Source of the DNA: Basidiobolus meristosporus CBS 931.73
Lineage: Eukaryota > Fungi > Basidiobolomycota
NCBI GenBank assembly: GCA_002104905.1
Contig: MCFE01000063.1
Span: 124,001-188,000, forward strand
Direction of reading: 5' to 3'
Length of the DNA: 64,000 nucleotides
Shown: in pieces, positions 36,983 through 50,298 of the stretch
Numbering within the stretch: position 1 is the first letter of the stretch
Layout of the letters: each line of letters opens with the position of its first letter
Notes under the pieces: generated by a model
The model's database searches: none
What the model was told of the DNA's origin: nothing
What the model saw: only the letters and a program-made list of their open reading frames with translations
Position numbers and translations under genes: made by a program

Positions 36983-37596
36983 GATATTCCTGTGTATGGC
37001 GAGTGGCGGAGTTACGGTTCAGACGAGCCTAGCATCCTTGGTTTATACTTTGTTTGTTTTGATCACATTGTAAACGCAAGGCTCCTAATTTGTTTACCAA
37101 TTTTGCAGTGGTTCCTATTGGCTAGAGTTGATTTAGTCCTGAACAATAAACAATCAAGCCCTTGGCCTTTGGAGTGGATTCGGGATCTCTGGTGTATATT
37201 ACAGGGTTCTTTGAAGATACGTTGGGGGAGCTAGTCACTGCTCAATCGTCATGCTGGACGAGCTGACATCAATCATGGTTTTTATGGTAGTGATCCTTCT
37301 TTGAGTAATCGATATTCTGTTATTCAGCATCACAGGCTTACCAAATTTGTGTGCAACTTCAATGAGCACTAGATCAGCATAAATCCATGGTGTATATTAG
37401 GTTATGTATTGGATATTTTGGGTCAATAGCGCAATAGATCAATCAATGGAAACACTTTATTAATTAATGCCATCAGCTCTTGAGCGGTGCCACCAAAATT
37501 GATTCGACTCCACGTTAAAACCTTTTTTCTTTGGACACAACAACAGCTCGCGAAAGATATTCTTGAGCAAACCTGTGCATACTACACCCGCTTGAA

Positions 37597-40500
37597 ATGG
37601 TGCAGAAAACCTCTGATATGGAACAGTTGCTTTCGTCAGATACTCAGTATGATATGAATACAGTAGAGGCATATCATAACACGCTCAACGCTGCCGCCAA
37701 AACCTTGGACACCCAACTAATTAGCGACTCGAAGTATCCTGAGCTAGCGGACCTTTTGGGCTGTAAGATATACGCAGTTGGATATTTTTGTTGCAATTCG
37801 TGGACTTACCTTTTATCGTCGTTGTTAAAGCCTCTTCTAGTGAATATTCGCAGCCACAGACTCTTGGTTGGCAGCTATTTCAGAAAAAGCGACTGATAAC
37901 CCTCCCAGATGCGTTGTTTGAACAATACGACTGTAGGATACCTTAATACCCTTCTCTAGAGTGCGTTTTATAACCATTTTGCAGTGCTTCAATGCAGATG
38001 TTTCATGGGTTTTTTCCCCGAGATTAATAGAGCCTGGATAACAGTCGACCACAGATTGTTTCTGTGGAATTATCTAGATGGGTAAATATCTATCTTGCAA
38101 ATGGTTATTTCCCAACTGACCGCCGTGAATTATTATTGTAGAAACGACTTCTACACTTATGAGGACCAAGACCAGCTCATCACAAGTATTGGTTTAGCAA
38201 AAGCAAAACCCGGTAATTTTCCAAGCCTCTGTCTATCCAATCGTCACTTCATGTCTTAATCCATGCATTGTGTAGGTATATTTGTTGAGGAAGTGCAGTA
38301 TGTATTAGTTCTTGCCACTCCTCTAGAAATCATTCTACTCGGACTTTCAACCACCGAAAGTTCCGTACGAATTTCTGATTCGAAGAGGGTTTCTACCGAT
38401 ATCACTTTGTACAATACACTGTTGGCTGCTCCAAGTGATAACACCACCATGACATCGATCATCGGAACCAAAAACGCGAGAATATTCATGTGCGGAAGCG
38501 ACGGAAACATTCACGAGCTTGCATATCAGGTATGAGCTCAGATCTAAGGCCTCCTTGGCTCCCTGCTAATCGGGGTTTCACTTGAAGGCGGAAGAGGGAT
38601 GGTTTACAAAAAAATGCCATGTCATCAATCACACATCCTCTACATATTGCTCTCTTATACCCACGTTCATGCCCACCATTTTCAAAAGTCCCGAAGGTAG
38701 CTTGCCGATAGCTCTCACTTGTTAGTCCCTCACTAACGTAGCATGACCAGATCCTTTCGTTTTCATGGCATTAGATGAAGTCCGAAATATTTTATACGGC
38801 TTGACTAGGCAATCCAATATCGAGGTGAGGACTTGCTGAATATGCTGTAGTTGGTGGTTGCTAATTCTACGCGATGCAGGTTATGTACCTCGGGCAAGAT
38901 GGGGACCAGTTTATACGGGTGGCCAAAATGACCAATATCTGTCAATGCGCCTCACAACTGTGCCCAACCTCGCCACTGGTTGACGCTAGGTCGTTTCAAC
39001 TAGTTTCACTGCATCCGATCTACCCGTCCGAATCCAAATTACTCAATCTTGTGGGCGTAACTTCTACAGGTTTTACTGAAATTCTTGTTTGCACGTGTGC
39101 TAGCCATGTAACCTTTGGATGCATATTCTTTAGGCTGCCGCTTGTATTTCACGCACCATAAAAGCGAATTCCGTGGCATGGGTGGGGTTTTACGTAGTGA
39201 TACCAAATCGCCACCAACTGGCCTGGAGCTGCTACATGTTAGACTGCCACCCAGTCCGGAGATCACACCAAATGCCATCGGCGAGTTCAACAGATCCCTG
39301 GGCGCCTCCAACGTCCATGTGACCTGTTACTCCAGTGGAGTTCTTTTAGCAGCTAATTCAGTCAGCGACGAGATGGACTCTCTACTTGGGATGGCGCCAG
39401 ATGCTGGCAAAATCACTCAAATGGGGAATCAATCACAGTCCTGTTCACTGATTGAGTTTCATGGCATCAACACTATTGAAGGCAAAACATGGGCGATCAA
39501 CGAGATCGAGAATCCATTTCCGAGCAACTCCAACGACGACGAGCGTGTTATGAACGAACTGGCTACGCAGTTGACGTTTCCCCCCAGGCATTTCCTTGTA
39601 CTGACGAATTCGGGAATCAACATACTCTCCAAGCAACGCCCGATCGATGTTTTTGTTCAGTTGCTTCATAACCCGTCTACTCAAGAGGCTGATCTATTGT
39701 CTTTTATTGATAACTACGGTAAAGCACAGATTTGCGCCATGTGTCTAGCAATTGTTTGTGGCCACCCGGCAGTATCAGGGTCAACGCAAACGAAATTTCA
39801 GTCCGCCCCATTTGGACACCAGGCTTCGAATAACCAGACCAGTGTATTGGGTGCTAAAGCTGTCTATATCAAATATGGAGGAAGACCTTCGTTTGTCGAA
39901 AGTCCTACTTATACTCATGGTGGGAGCGGTGTCGAAAGACAGACACCAACTCAGGACTTTATTTACAGCGGACAACATGATGGCTTAGCATTGTATATCG
40001 CTCGTTTGATCAAGCCCATTTGGAAAAAACCCTTCATCAGAGTGACCGACAAGGGTTTCGATTTGGCAGTCTCCGTCTCCGTGTTGTATTCGATTCAACA
40101 AAATTTGAGCAATGTCGAGGCATTCTTAAAAGAGAGCCCATATTGTCGTTCGCAACCCTATTCAAGCTTACCGGCTGGCTACAAGGAGAACGACGCTATG
40201 CAGTTAGAGTTACAATCCATTAAGGCAATGGAGCAACTTTTGACTCAATGTGTCGAAGGTATTTCTTTCACAATACTGCTCCTGGATTGCGGGTTGTCGG
40301 ATATAATGCATGGTGTCAGTAGTATTGTACAGAACCAAATCCTCGAATTGACTTTTGAGAACCTGCTAATATCAGTCAAAGGACGGGAACTCCGCCGAGA
40401 CATTGTGGCTACCATTATCGATAAGCAAACAGCCCAGGGTGGTGGTGTGCAGTCAGTTAGCGATATGTTGCGGACAAGATGTGGATCATTCTGCACATTA

Positions 40501-41979
40501 GACGATGTCACATTGTTCCAAGCTATAGAATGCCTAAAGCAAGCAAAGACCACTAATGATCCAGAAAAAAGAATGCAGATACTTCGGGACTCTTTGTCAT
40601 TATTCAAGCAGGTTGCCAGGCATATTTCTCTCGAGAAATTGCACGAGATCTGTGAAGAATACAAATTATTGCGGTTTTATGTAGGTGCCGTTGAGCTCGG
40701 CCTCGCCTATGCGAAAGAACAAGATCCTGAAGACCATGGCATCGCATACTTCCTGGATAACGCTACAAGCTCAGCAGAGTTCTACAAGAAACGTATCCGA
40801 TACTACGGATGCGTTTTTTCAACACTACAAGCGGTCAACAATGTTTACCACCAGACCAAGGTATCCAGCGATGACACTGGGATGACCTTAGAGGAGGCTG
40901 AGCTCTTCAGAAATAAGGTGTTTCTCAAAGCTCTTGCATCAGACGATCTTCTATTCCATCACCAACTGTACGACTGGTATATCGGCCAAAATCTAATAGA
41001 AGAACTGCTGGATATACAGACACCATATCTTGAAGCCTATCTTCAAAAAGAGCCTCTTACTCTGCGAAAGTTGGATTTGCTCTGGCAGTATTATGCTAAG
41101 AATGGTCGGTATGGCTCAGCGGCGAGAGTACAGAGCCGATTGGCTGAATCCATTGAGTACGGGTTGAGCCTAGCAGATCGAATTGAGTATCTTACTCTTG
41201 CAGTTGGCAACTCGAAGAGCACTAGTGGTAGAAAGAACAGCTCGCAGTTTTTGGCCGAGCTCGAAGAGAAACAAGAAGTTGCGCTAGTGCAGCTAGATAT
41301 CTATAACGCAATCAAGAGCTCGGGCGATCATCTGGACTCGTTAGGGGAGCTGGATACACAGTTGTTTGACATTACCCAACTTTATAACAAGTTCGCATTT
41401 CCATTCAAGCTATACGAATCAATGCTGCTGATCTTTTACACCTCGGATTATCACGACCCAGAATATATCGCTCAAATCTGGGGGTATATCATTCAACAGA
41501 CCCATGAACAAGCTCAGAACTCCAACATCGCGTCTCACAAGGCGCTGAGCCGAAAGGTTAAGCAAATCGGGAAGAAGTATTATCCTTCGAATGTATTTCC
41601 GTTAGCGAAGATATGTGACCTCCTAGAGCGGCACAACCTGAAGAATCATGCCAATGCTGAACCTGGATGGATTGTCAGCACTTTGCATGAGATCGGTGTC
41701 CCTTACACCTCACTTCTGGAGATTTTGCACTCGATGTTCGAAACAAAGCTCCCTCCTTGGCAAGCGCAGGCATCACTGGAATTTTTGTTCAAAGACATCT
41801 ACCTTTTACTCCATGACTGGTTGCATAGCGGGAATCTGAAGAACAAGAGCTCCGAACAATTCCCGGCCAAGCTTGCTGATGAGTCGATTACTAAATACTT
41901 GGTCACTCTGGCGGCCACCGAATCCCCGTTAATCCCCAAGTTTTATGAGATTCAACGACGTATTCGTAGGCAGTACTAA
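37597..41979 (+). CDS. NUP170: Nucleoporin Nup170/Nup157/Nup155 family
   Basis: FPEINRAWITVDHRLFLWNY, RIFMCGSDGNIHELAY, YSGQHDGLALYIARL, DLLWQYYAKN, SLADRIEYLTLA. Many short 5' exons and one long 3' exon. Confidence 0.92.
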
Positions 41980-42490
41980 TCTCCTAACCCGTCCAAGCGA
42001 CCTAATGCGCATAGTACCCCACATCTTTGCAACCTAGTGATCCCATTGAAATCCAGCCTTTGATTCTATAAATATATTGTCTAATGTTTCGCATGAATTC
42101 GGCACCGTAGATCTCATTAACGATCGCCCAATCGTCTGTTCTGAACAAGAGGAAAATATTGCTGGTTTGGCTGGCTCCAAAGTGACCCCATTCCTACTAT
42201 TGTTGACGGGCTACCGAACCCGAGGATTGGTTGACGTTAATGAAAATAAGATCAGCAGGTCTTAAATTTAGCGCCCTCATCACCTCTATGGCTAGCCTGG
42301 TGTATTTCATTGAGTTGGTAGATTAAATTTTTGGAAGTCTGCTTGATATGGCTAGTAGGGCATGAAGTAATAATTGAATCCCTAGACAATGCAGCTCAGG
42401 TTGACGTCGGCTTTATGCGCACCAACATTAAATTTTCCACTTGCAAAGCAACGTTGGCAGCTGCCAGGTGATTACTTGCGGCGCTATGGC

Positions 42491-42514
42491 ATATATATAT
42501 ATATATATATATAT
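42491..42514. repeat. (AT)12 microsatellite
   Basis: Perfect AT run upstream of the arrestin gene. Confidence 0.95.
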
Positions 42515-42604
42515 TGCTCTTCGCTCAATCTTGACAAATTGCTGATCACTCTTAAATACCTATATAGTTCCATTGCTTGGCTCCACTTGCATGTTGATAC
42601 ATAC

Positions 42605-43681
42605 ATGAATCTTACCAAATCTAAAAAACCGATGATCCAACTACGTGTGGTACCGGATACAGTATTGGTAGATGGCGGATCGTCAAACTCCTATCTTCAG
42701 GGCATCCTAGAACTGAAGCTCAGCAAGCCGTTGAAAGTGCACTCCATCCATATGGTTCTAAAGTGCATTTTCACAAAAAAAATGATTTCAGGTAGTGCAT
42801 GACACAGGTGTAGAATACTTCCATCTACCCCGGTTTAGTTGTTCGTGTGTGCTCATTTTTTGAAACCCAAGCAGTGATTAATCTCACTTTCCCTTTCATT
42901 AGGGTTGTGGAGAATTAAAGAGATAGGATGCCCGGCCAGCTGTGTAATCCTAGAGAGACAAGATTCTGAGTATTACTTAGGATCAGGAGATTACTCATAC
43001 AACGGTGTTATTAGAGTGCCAAGTCATATTGCTCAGACAACTTGCTCAAAGATAGCCAAGATCGAGTACCAACTTCAAGGGGTAGTTGAAACCACAGGCT
43101 TCCGGCAAAATTTAGCGCAAGCCGTACCAGTGTTAATACAACAAACACTCCCGCGATGCGTAGATTTCGGTATATCTTGTGGCTTATGGCAAGATATGCT
43201 ACGCTACCAGGTGATGCTGAGTTGTGTAGATTACACATTGGACGACTCTATGAGTGTGGTGTTCCGATTAGAATCCTTGGTAGATGTCGTGTTTCATTGG
43301 AAGCTTACAGCAAGCCTGAAGGAGTCAGTGAGATATTACACAACATCGAAGACGGGCAAGTTACAACTTAAAAACAGTAATCGGATTATCGGCAAAGTTG
43401 TAGAGTATACCTCTGAGAGTTCGCGCATCATACTGTCTACACTCTTTCTTCCAACAACATTGAGACATATTGGGGCGAACTATGACTGCCATGGGAAACA
43501 TATGAGCGTCAGTCATCAGCTCCTTACAGAAATTGAGATGGTAGATGATGGTAGATACAAGTTTATGTCCATATTGCCTGTTCGACTAGTTCATCCAGAT
43601 GTACAACAATGGTCTAACCTTGCGCATCTCCCTAGCTATTCAGCATTTTCTGTATATCCGCGTGTAAACTGTTTGACATAG
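42605..43681 (+). CDS. Alpha-arrestin-like adaptor
   Basis: LQGILELKLSKPLKVHSIH, GDYSY..VIRVP, KIEYQLQGVV, GLWQDMLRY and a C-terminal LPSY PY-like motif. One intron. Confidence 0.72.
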
Positions 43682-43978
43682 ATTCAGATCGAATGCATGC
43701 TCTTTGACTGCAGAGTCGGAGCAGTTGGCTACTTCGATGATCTGCCTTTCTTATTTTCGATGTAAATCACAAGCAACTCGCCATGCTCTGGGCTGTACTG
43801 CACTTATTTGGAAATCGCTTGCTCTATTTTGTAATAAGGCAAATCTGGAAATCACGGGATTAAAATTAAATTGGAAACTTAGTCATGTGACAAGCGTTGT
43901 TTTGTATTGAGTACGTCATATATAGCGTAAAGCACACACACTACAAACGAACACAACTCTAGCACCTTGTCAGCAAAT

Positions 43979-44425
43979 ATGAGTCTGTATGTTGTAGCCG
44001 ATTTCTGCGTATGATATGATTCTATTGTGCCCGTGTTAGTCAGAGGTTTTGACAATATCGATTTGCTTTTGCTCAGGTAATCCCTATGGGAGTCGAGAGC
44101 TCCGTGAGCAAGTATGTTGCTGCTTGCCAAACGGCCTTGGAGCAAACCGGTCTGACCTACGTTATGCACGGTTATGGAACAAACATAGAAGGAGATTGGG
44201 ATGCCGTGTCTAACGCCATTAAGAAATGTCACGAAGCTGTCCACGCTTTGGGTTGCCCGAGAGTTTCAACAAGGTATTTTAGCATTTCTATGCCTCGCTA
44301 TTATTGAAACATCAACTAAATCAACTTTTAGTGTGCGTATCGGGACTCGTTTAGATAAAGAATCGCATATCCAAGATAAAATTGATAGTGTTCATAAGTT
44401 GCTTGCGGAGAGCAAATCTCAATAA
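43979..44425 (+). CDS. ECM15: Ecm15/MTH1187 thiamine-binding-fold protein
   Basis: Spliced MSLYVVADFC/VIPMG...SVSKYVA...MHGYGTNIEGDWD...GCPRVST/SVRIGTRLDK. Confidence 0.87.
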
Positions 44426-44587
44426 AGTCACTATGCTACTTTCACTCCAGCAAAGATCCTGATAATTCTGGAGGAATATGGATTACTTCATTTCATGTAG
44501 CGATAACAGCAAACGAACACACCAATTTCTCAATGCTTTCTCGGCTGCTTGTTATGTTTATTTAATGTGTAGGCTACAGCTGAAAAT

Positions 44588-45556
44588 TTACTGTGCCAAA
44601 CCAAACTGCAACTGTAAGAAATCAAAGACTGGAGCAACAAACTTTTCATACTCCTCACTACCATGGTTAATAGCAAAATCAAAGACGTGATTCTTCTCTG
44701 GAACGATTTCCAGCCGAACCTTTCTTTCCGCCTTCTCAAGTTCTTTCGTCATGTTTAGAGAATGTTCGGGGGGTACCATAGCATCTGCACCTCCGTGGAC
44801 AAGGTAGGTGGGTGGGTAGGATGAATGAATATGATGTATAGGGGAGATATCTTTGAACTTGGGCAAGTCAGCCTCAGAGTTGGGATTCAGCCCAGTCATA
44901 ACTTCTACTCTGCATCCATATTTGTTAGCGTTTGCAACCAGCTGATAGCGTGGATGGTTAGCGAATTTTTGAATTTCCGGGCCTCCCGTAACTGGATTTA
45001 TCTCAAATGGGGTCTCTACAACAACAGGAGGGGTTTGCGCTGCTTTTCGGATTTGTTCTGGGAGAGACTGTAAAGATGTTGTCTTCGTGGTGGAGCCTAG
45101 TTGTAGAGTTGGCAAAATCTCTGTTGCGGCGTAAAAAGCAACAATAGCATTGGGGACTTTTTTACTGTATGACCCTGCCAAAAGCGCCAAGGTTCCTCCA
45201 GCGGAAGAGCCCCAGAGTGATACTTTCTCAGGATTCAAAGTGCTCTTTGTCTTTTTGGGTAGCTCCTCTCGGACCCAGGTAACTACATCTATGACATCTT
45301 TATAGATCTCCCCGATAGGAGTTTGTGGAGCCAGGCGATAGTTTGCCGAGACCAGAATCCACTTGCGTCTCAGAACCTCCTCAACAATGTATTTTGGTAC
45401 GGCTTCTTTGTTGCCGAGAACAAAGCCCCCACCGTGTAGATAGACTACAACAGGCGTTTGGGTATTAGGAATGATTGATGTGTCTTCATATACATCAAGA
45501 TCAATATCGACGCCCTCCACCTGTTTGTAGACAAAGCGCTGAGGAGTGGGTACCAT
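44588..45556 (-). CDS. Alpha/beta hydrolase (HSL-type esterase/lipase), intronless
   Basis: HGGG oxyanion motif, NYRLAP, GSSAGG nucleophile, HGGAD (Asp), HVFD (His). Confidence 0.9.
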   Translation of the reverse strand: MVPTPQRFVYKQVEGVDIDLDVYEDTSIIPNTQTPVVVYLHGGGFVLGNKEAVPKYIVEEVLRRKWILVSANYRLAPQTPIGEIYKDVIDVVTWVREELPKKTKSTLNPEKVSLWGSSAGGTLALLAGSYSKKVPNAIVAFYAATEILPTLQLGSTTKTTSLQSLPEQIRKAAQTPPVVVETPFEINPVTGGPEIQKFANHPRYQLVANANKYGCRVEVMTGLNPNSEADLPKFKDISPIHHIHSSYPPTYLVHGGADAMVPPEHSLNMTKELEKAERKVRLEIVPEKNHVFDFAINHGSEEYEKFVAPVFDFLQLQFGLAQ

Positions 45557-46580
45557 TGTGATTTTCAAGAAATTCGGAGGCTTAGATCCCATATATAATG
45601 AAATACAGCCCACGTCATTACGTATATGCGATATCTTGTAAAATATCCAAGTTTTCGTATTTTGACAATCAGGATGAATATCTAGCCAGTGAGTGGCTCA
45701 GGTGTAGCTATCCTTGGGTTACTCAACTGTATCTGTTCACCAGATTGCAAATGCTGGCTCAACTGTAAATGGATATCTGGGATGAGGTCTGGTTCTTCCG
45801 AAACCGGCTGCATACACAATATTCAGGTTTTTGATACAAACAGAATTACTAAACTGCACATCAACTCCTCTGCACTAGCTTCACGAAGCAATAGTTGGCC
45901 ATTGTGAAGGCTGCGGTGTATGGCTACTGATGTTATAACTTTACATACAAGAGTGTTTATGCAGCATCCACTGAGCGTACAGTTAACGATTAGGAACGAA
46001 ATATGCTCGCAGATATATATTGGGCGCATTGGATTCAGATATTGTTAAACATAGGTCATCAACTCTACAGCATAATGTTGGTACCGGTCGATGCAGTAAC
46101 AGCATTCTGGAGCAATATATATTTGAGAGATCTATGGCAAGTTGGCTTAGGCTATGACACTGGAAAGCCATTGGCTGAAGCCTCCTCTCGTCGTGACCAA
46201 TGGCTCCTTTCTTGGGGTTGTATGGTGAGTTAGCTGATTCGAAGACCATTCTAGTTAATCGTGATTATAAGCGTTCACGTACCCAATCTGGGCCGCTTGG
46301 ATATTTACTTTGATCAAATCCAGTGACGTGAAGTCACATAACATACCACGGTCATTTCAAAAATTACCTAATTGTGGCTACATGTATATCATAAATTACA
46401 AAGTGCTTAATCACTGCTAATCCGCACTTCTTCAATTCTTAATGCTTCTAAACAAAACACTTCCAAGCTTGAGACTCTTACAGTCAGTTAGAAAACTTCA
46501 TACGACCCTTCCTACAGGTAGCTTAACGCCTTTTTATCCAGAGCCGAGTGATTTCTCAACTCGCTTGCAAAACTTTAGGC

Positions 46581-47557
46581 ATGAAGGTCCTTACTATACC
46601 TGCTTTGGAGGATAATTACTCGTACTTGATTATCGACGAAAAAGCTAACGAAGCAATTGCTGTGGATCCGGTGGAGCCAAAGAAGATTCTCAAAGCTGCT
46701 ACCGAAGCCCAAGTGAAATTGACCTCCGTATTTACTACGCACCATCATTGGTATTTTATCGGCTTTTATATGGTCATTCATTTCTGCCAACTCATTTTCT
46801 CGCTCTTTACGCCAGGGATCATGCTGGCGGTAATGAAGAACTACTCTCATTGAGACCTAACCTGGCAGTGTATGGGGCAGATCCTCGAATTGCCAAACTA
46901 ACAAATTTTGTAAAAGACAATGATACCTTTAAGGTAAACGGAGTGGTCCTCCACAATCGCTCAATGCAATCTAGCTCATCGTTTCAATTTAGATTGGCTC
47001 TCTATCTATCAAAGGCCTCATGACTATTTGTCATACTAATGGGAGTATGAGCTACTTCGTAACCGATGACGCTGATAAAGCAGTCTTTACGGGAGATACC
47101 CTCTTTATTGGTAAAGCATATCTGATGTTATGTCTAGCGATTAGCTTTTAATCAGGAGGATATAGGTGGGTGTGGTCGATTTTTCGAAGGTACACCAGAA
47201 GATATGCACCACTCATTATCTTCCGTGTTGGCTTCGCTCCCCAAAGAAACGAGGGTATATTGTGGCCATGAATATACTAAATCAAATCTCAAGGTATGTG
47301 CTAAGGAGTCTCGCCTTTTTCTGCTACGACTAAACTATTTGTAGTTTGCATTGTCCGTGGATCCAGATAATACTCGACTTCAGGAAAAACTCATTTGGTG
47401 CGAGTCGAACTCGATTTCGGTGCCTAGCACCATCGGAGAGGAGCTGCAATACAACCCATTTATGCGTGTGACTGATCCAGTCATCCAAAAGAATATCGGA
47501 GAAACCAATCCGATTGACACGATGGCTAAGCTACGTGAGATGAAGAATAATTTCTAA
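46581..47557 (+). CDS. GLO2: Glyoxalase II (hydroxyacylglutathione hydrolase)
   Basis: DNYSYLI, VDPVEP, spliced [44 protein letters not shown]. Confidence 0.95.
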
Positions 47558-49142
47558 TAATCAGTAAACAAGCTCGCGAGAGGAATAAATACAGTGTAAT
47601 AGGCGTTGATGTGCCAATGGACGAAATAGTGCTTCCAAGTAACCACTTACTGAAAATTTGAGCTTTGATGTATAAAATTGCGGTAATTTGGCTTGATCCT
47701 TGGGCTAAATGGTCTATGTATGCCTATTCAATGCGGTCGCGGTACTGTCCCCTCAAGGGCGAGGATGATGTGTGATTTACTTCAGAATTTGGCGAAACAT
47801 CGGCTATATCCAGGCTCGATAAACTTTTCGCACCCTTCCATAACTCATTGATATCTATTACCATAAAATACCGTGCAGTCATAGAGCTTGATGATGGTAA
47901 GATCACTTGGTTTCAGGTGTGATGGATAGAAATAAGTTACCCAGTTCCCACTCCCTGTCATTTTGGTATCATATTCAGCCCTCGATTCTAATTCTTGCAT
48001 TTGCAGTCACTTGATCTATTCTCTAGAGCTGTATAACACAAGGCCATTGCTATTCATAGTTAGATACCCTGACATAGATTCGTGCTCTCATATTGTTCAG
48101 CACATCAATTAGTCCATGTATGAGCTCTTCAAGGCTACTGCCACTATAGAATGCCACCAATGAGATAATCAGTAGGTTCTTTCTGGTCCAAAATTCATCT
48201 TCTACATATGGAGCATCCCAACATTTACCCGTTCATGGCGCCTTCCCAACTTTCCTAATCAACAAAGGTAGTATTACAGGAGGAATGGGGCCCATAAAGG
48301 ATAAAGCCAGGCGCATCTAGATTTAGAAGTGGCCTCGAGTGAACCGGAGTGTCGTCATTGTACCATCCTGCTTACAAAATGCATCAACGACCATCAACAG
48401 AAGATAATATCTTCAAATTTGTTCCAGGAGAGGGTAACAGACACGCGAATGCGTAGTATGTTAACATCCAGATGATCGTAGTATGTTGACTTTTGAATCA
48501 TTGTGTTCGCGTTCCCAGTCGATGCTACACATGCAAACTCTGGAATTAGCTGTGACTATTCATTTAGGCACCGTGTGTTAGTGTTATCAGTCCAGTAGAG
48601 TCATGGTGCCAGTTTGTATTACCGCATCTGGTGAGTTATTTTTGGCTACATGCCGCAGAATGTTGTGCAATGATTCTCTTTTATACGATTGCTTGCAGTG
48701 CACTATTTAGGAAGTAAAGGAACATGTGAGTAGAGAAAATGTGCAACAAGATGCAACAAGTTACAACAAGTTCGAATACACAATGGGGTGACAACTCGGC
48801 AAATTGATAAGCCATTCATGTAGCCAGCCCTGCGCATTCTTGAAATGAAGCCTGACGTTTTGACTTTGCCATAACTGGATTTTGCAAGAATAGCAAAGAC
48901 CATGATGGATAGTACCCTGAGGCTCAAGTAATTATAATTAATGAGAATGAAACCTGATTTGCAATCCCCGCTGTTGGCGAGAGAATTTTACTATATTTGA
49001 ACAGTACACCAATATCATATCAAGATATCCATTCACAGTTTGTCACTAGTTCCGGTCTCTGAAATCCACCAAACTAGGTGTACAGGCCTGGGATATGAAA
49101 AAAAACTGCCACATGCAGCGGGAAGGTTGACCCTACAACTGC

Positions 49143-49149
49143 TATAAAA
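49143..49149 (+). promoter_or_regulatory. Candidate TATA box, AA11 copy 1
   Basis: TATAAAA, ~100 nt upstream of the ATG. Confidence 0.4.
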
Positions 49150-49248
49150 TGTTGCCGAATGGTGCATTGATTTCACAACCTCAAGTTTTTCACCGGTTGA
49201 AAACTCATCTCCATTTTTACTCCGTACTTTTTCTGTGAAAAAGATAAC

Positions 49249-50298
49249 ATGCTTGCTAAAGTTGCTTTCACTCTCACGACTTTCTGCGCATTGGGCTCGC
49301 TGGTTTCCGCTCATATGGAGATGACAAACCCACCTCCACGTGAATCCAAGTTCAACCCCTATTACAAGGATGGCCAAATCGACTATGATATGACCTCTCC
49401 TTTGGGTGGCCAAGTAAGTACTCCACATTAGGCTCCTTCACCACCTGTATATATCTCACCTAACCATCTTAACCCTCACCTTGCCTCTCAGTGGACTTAT
49501 CCATGCCGTGGGTACGGACCAGGCCCCAGTGTGGCCACCTATCAAGCTGGAGGAACCGTTGGAGTTGATCTCGACGGTGGAGCTGTCCACAACGGTGGCC
49601 ATTGCCAATTCTCGCTCTCCGTTGACGGAGGAAAGACGTTCGTGGTGATGAAGACAGTGATGGGTGACTGTATGATTGCCGCTCGTCATTACGACGTTCC
49701 CATTCCCAAGAATGCGCCCAATGGGAAGGCGACCTTTGCCTGGACTTGGATCAACAAGACCGGGAATCGCGAATACTACATGAACTGTGCGGATATCACC
49801 ATCCAAGGCGGCAGCGGAAAGTGCATTAGCGGGCCCAAGAATCTGATCGCTGACCTTCCTGGATATCCCACCATCCCTGAGTTCACCAATGGAGGCTACG
49901 ATGGGTCGGACCTGATGGCGAAGCGACCCATTGTTACCTCATGCTCGAATGGCAGTACCTCCGATGACAGTGGTAGCAATCCTCCACCAGCCAGCTCAAG
50001 CACCAGCTCATCGAGTACTCCATCCAAGACTGCCAAAAGCAAGCAAGGAGGCTCTTACAAGAAACCACAAGAAACAAGTGCACCTGAAGCACCTTCCATT
50101 ACCACCGACTCCAACTCAGAGCCCACAGAATCACGAGGTCAACAGGCTTCTACTGGAGCTTCACAAGCTTGTGAGATCAAGTGTTTGGGTGGCCCTAATT
50201 TCCAAGTTTGCGGTGATGGAGGGCAGACAGCGTTCCAAAAAAGGTGCGCTCTGGGTACAACATGCCACATGCAGGATGGTCAGGCTGCTTGTACCTAA
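49249..50298 (+). CDS. AA11-like lytic polysaccharide monooxygenase, copy 1, with S/T-rich linker and six-Cys C-terminal module
   Basis: Signal peptide followed by His1 (HMEM..PPP), GAVHNGGHCQFSLS, FAWTWINKTGNREYYMNCADI. One intron. Confidence 0.88.

Noticed and set aside
37549-37555. CGCGAAA (E2F/SBF-like site) between PCNA and NUP170
   Set aside because: Single occurrence, ~570 bp from the PCNA ATG; expected by chance.
47720-48930. Minus-strand TATAAAAG at 48678-48685 followed by fragmentary ORFs
   Set aside because: Only very short ORFs follow and no family was recognisable.
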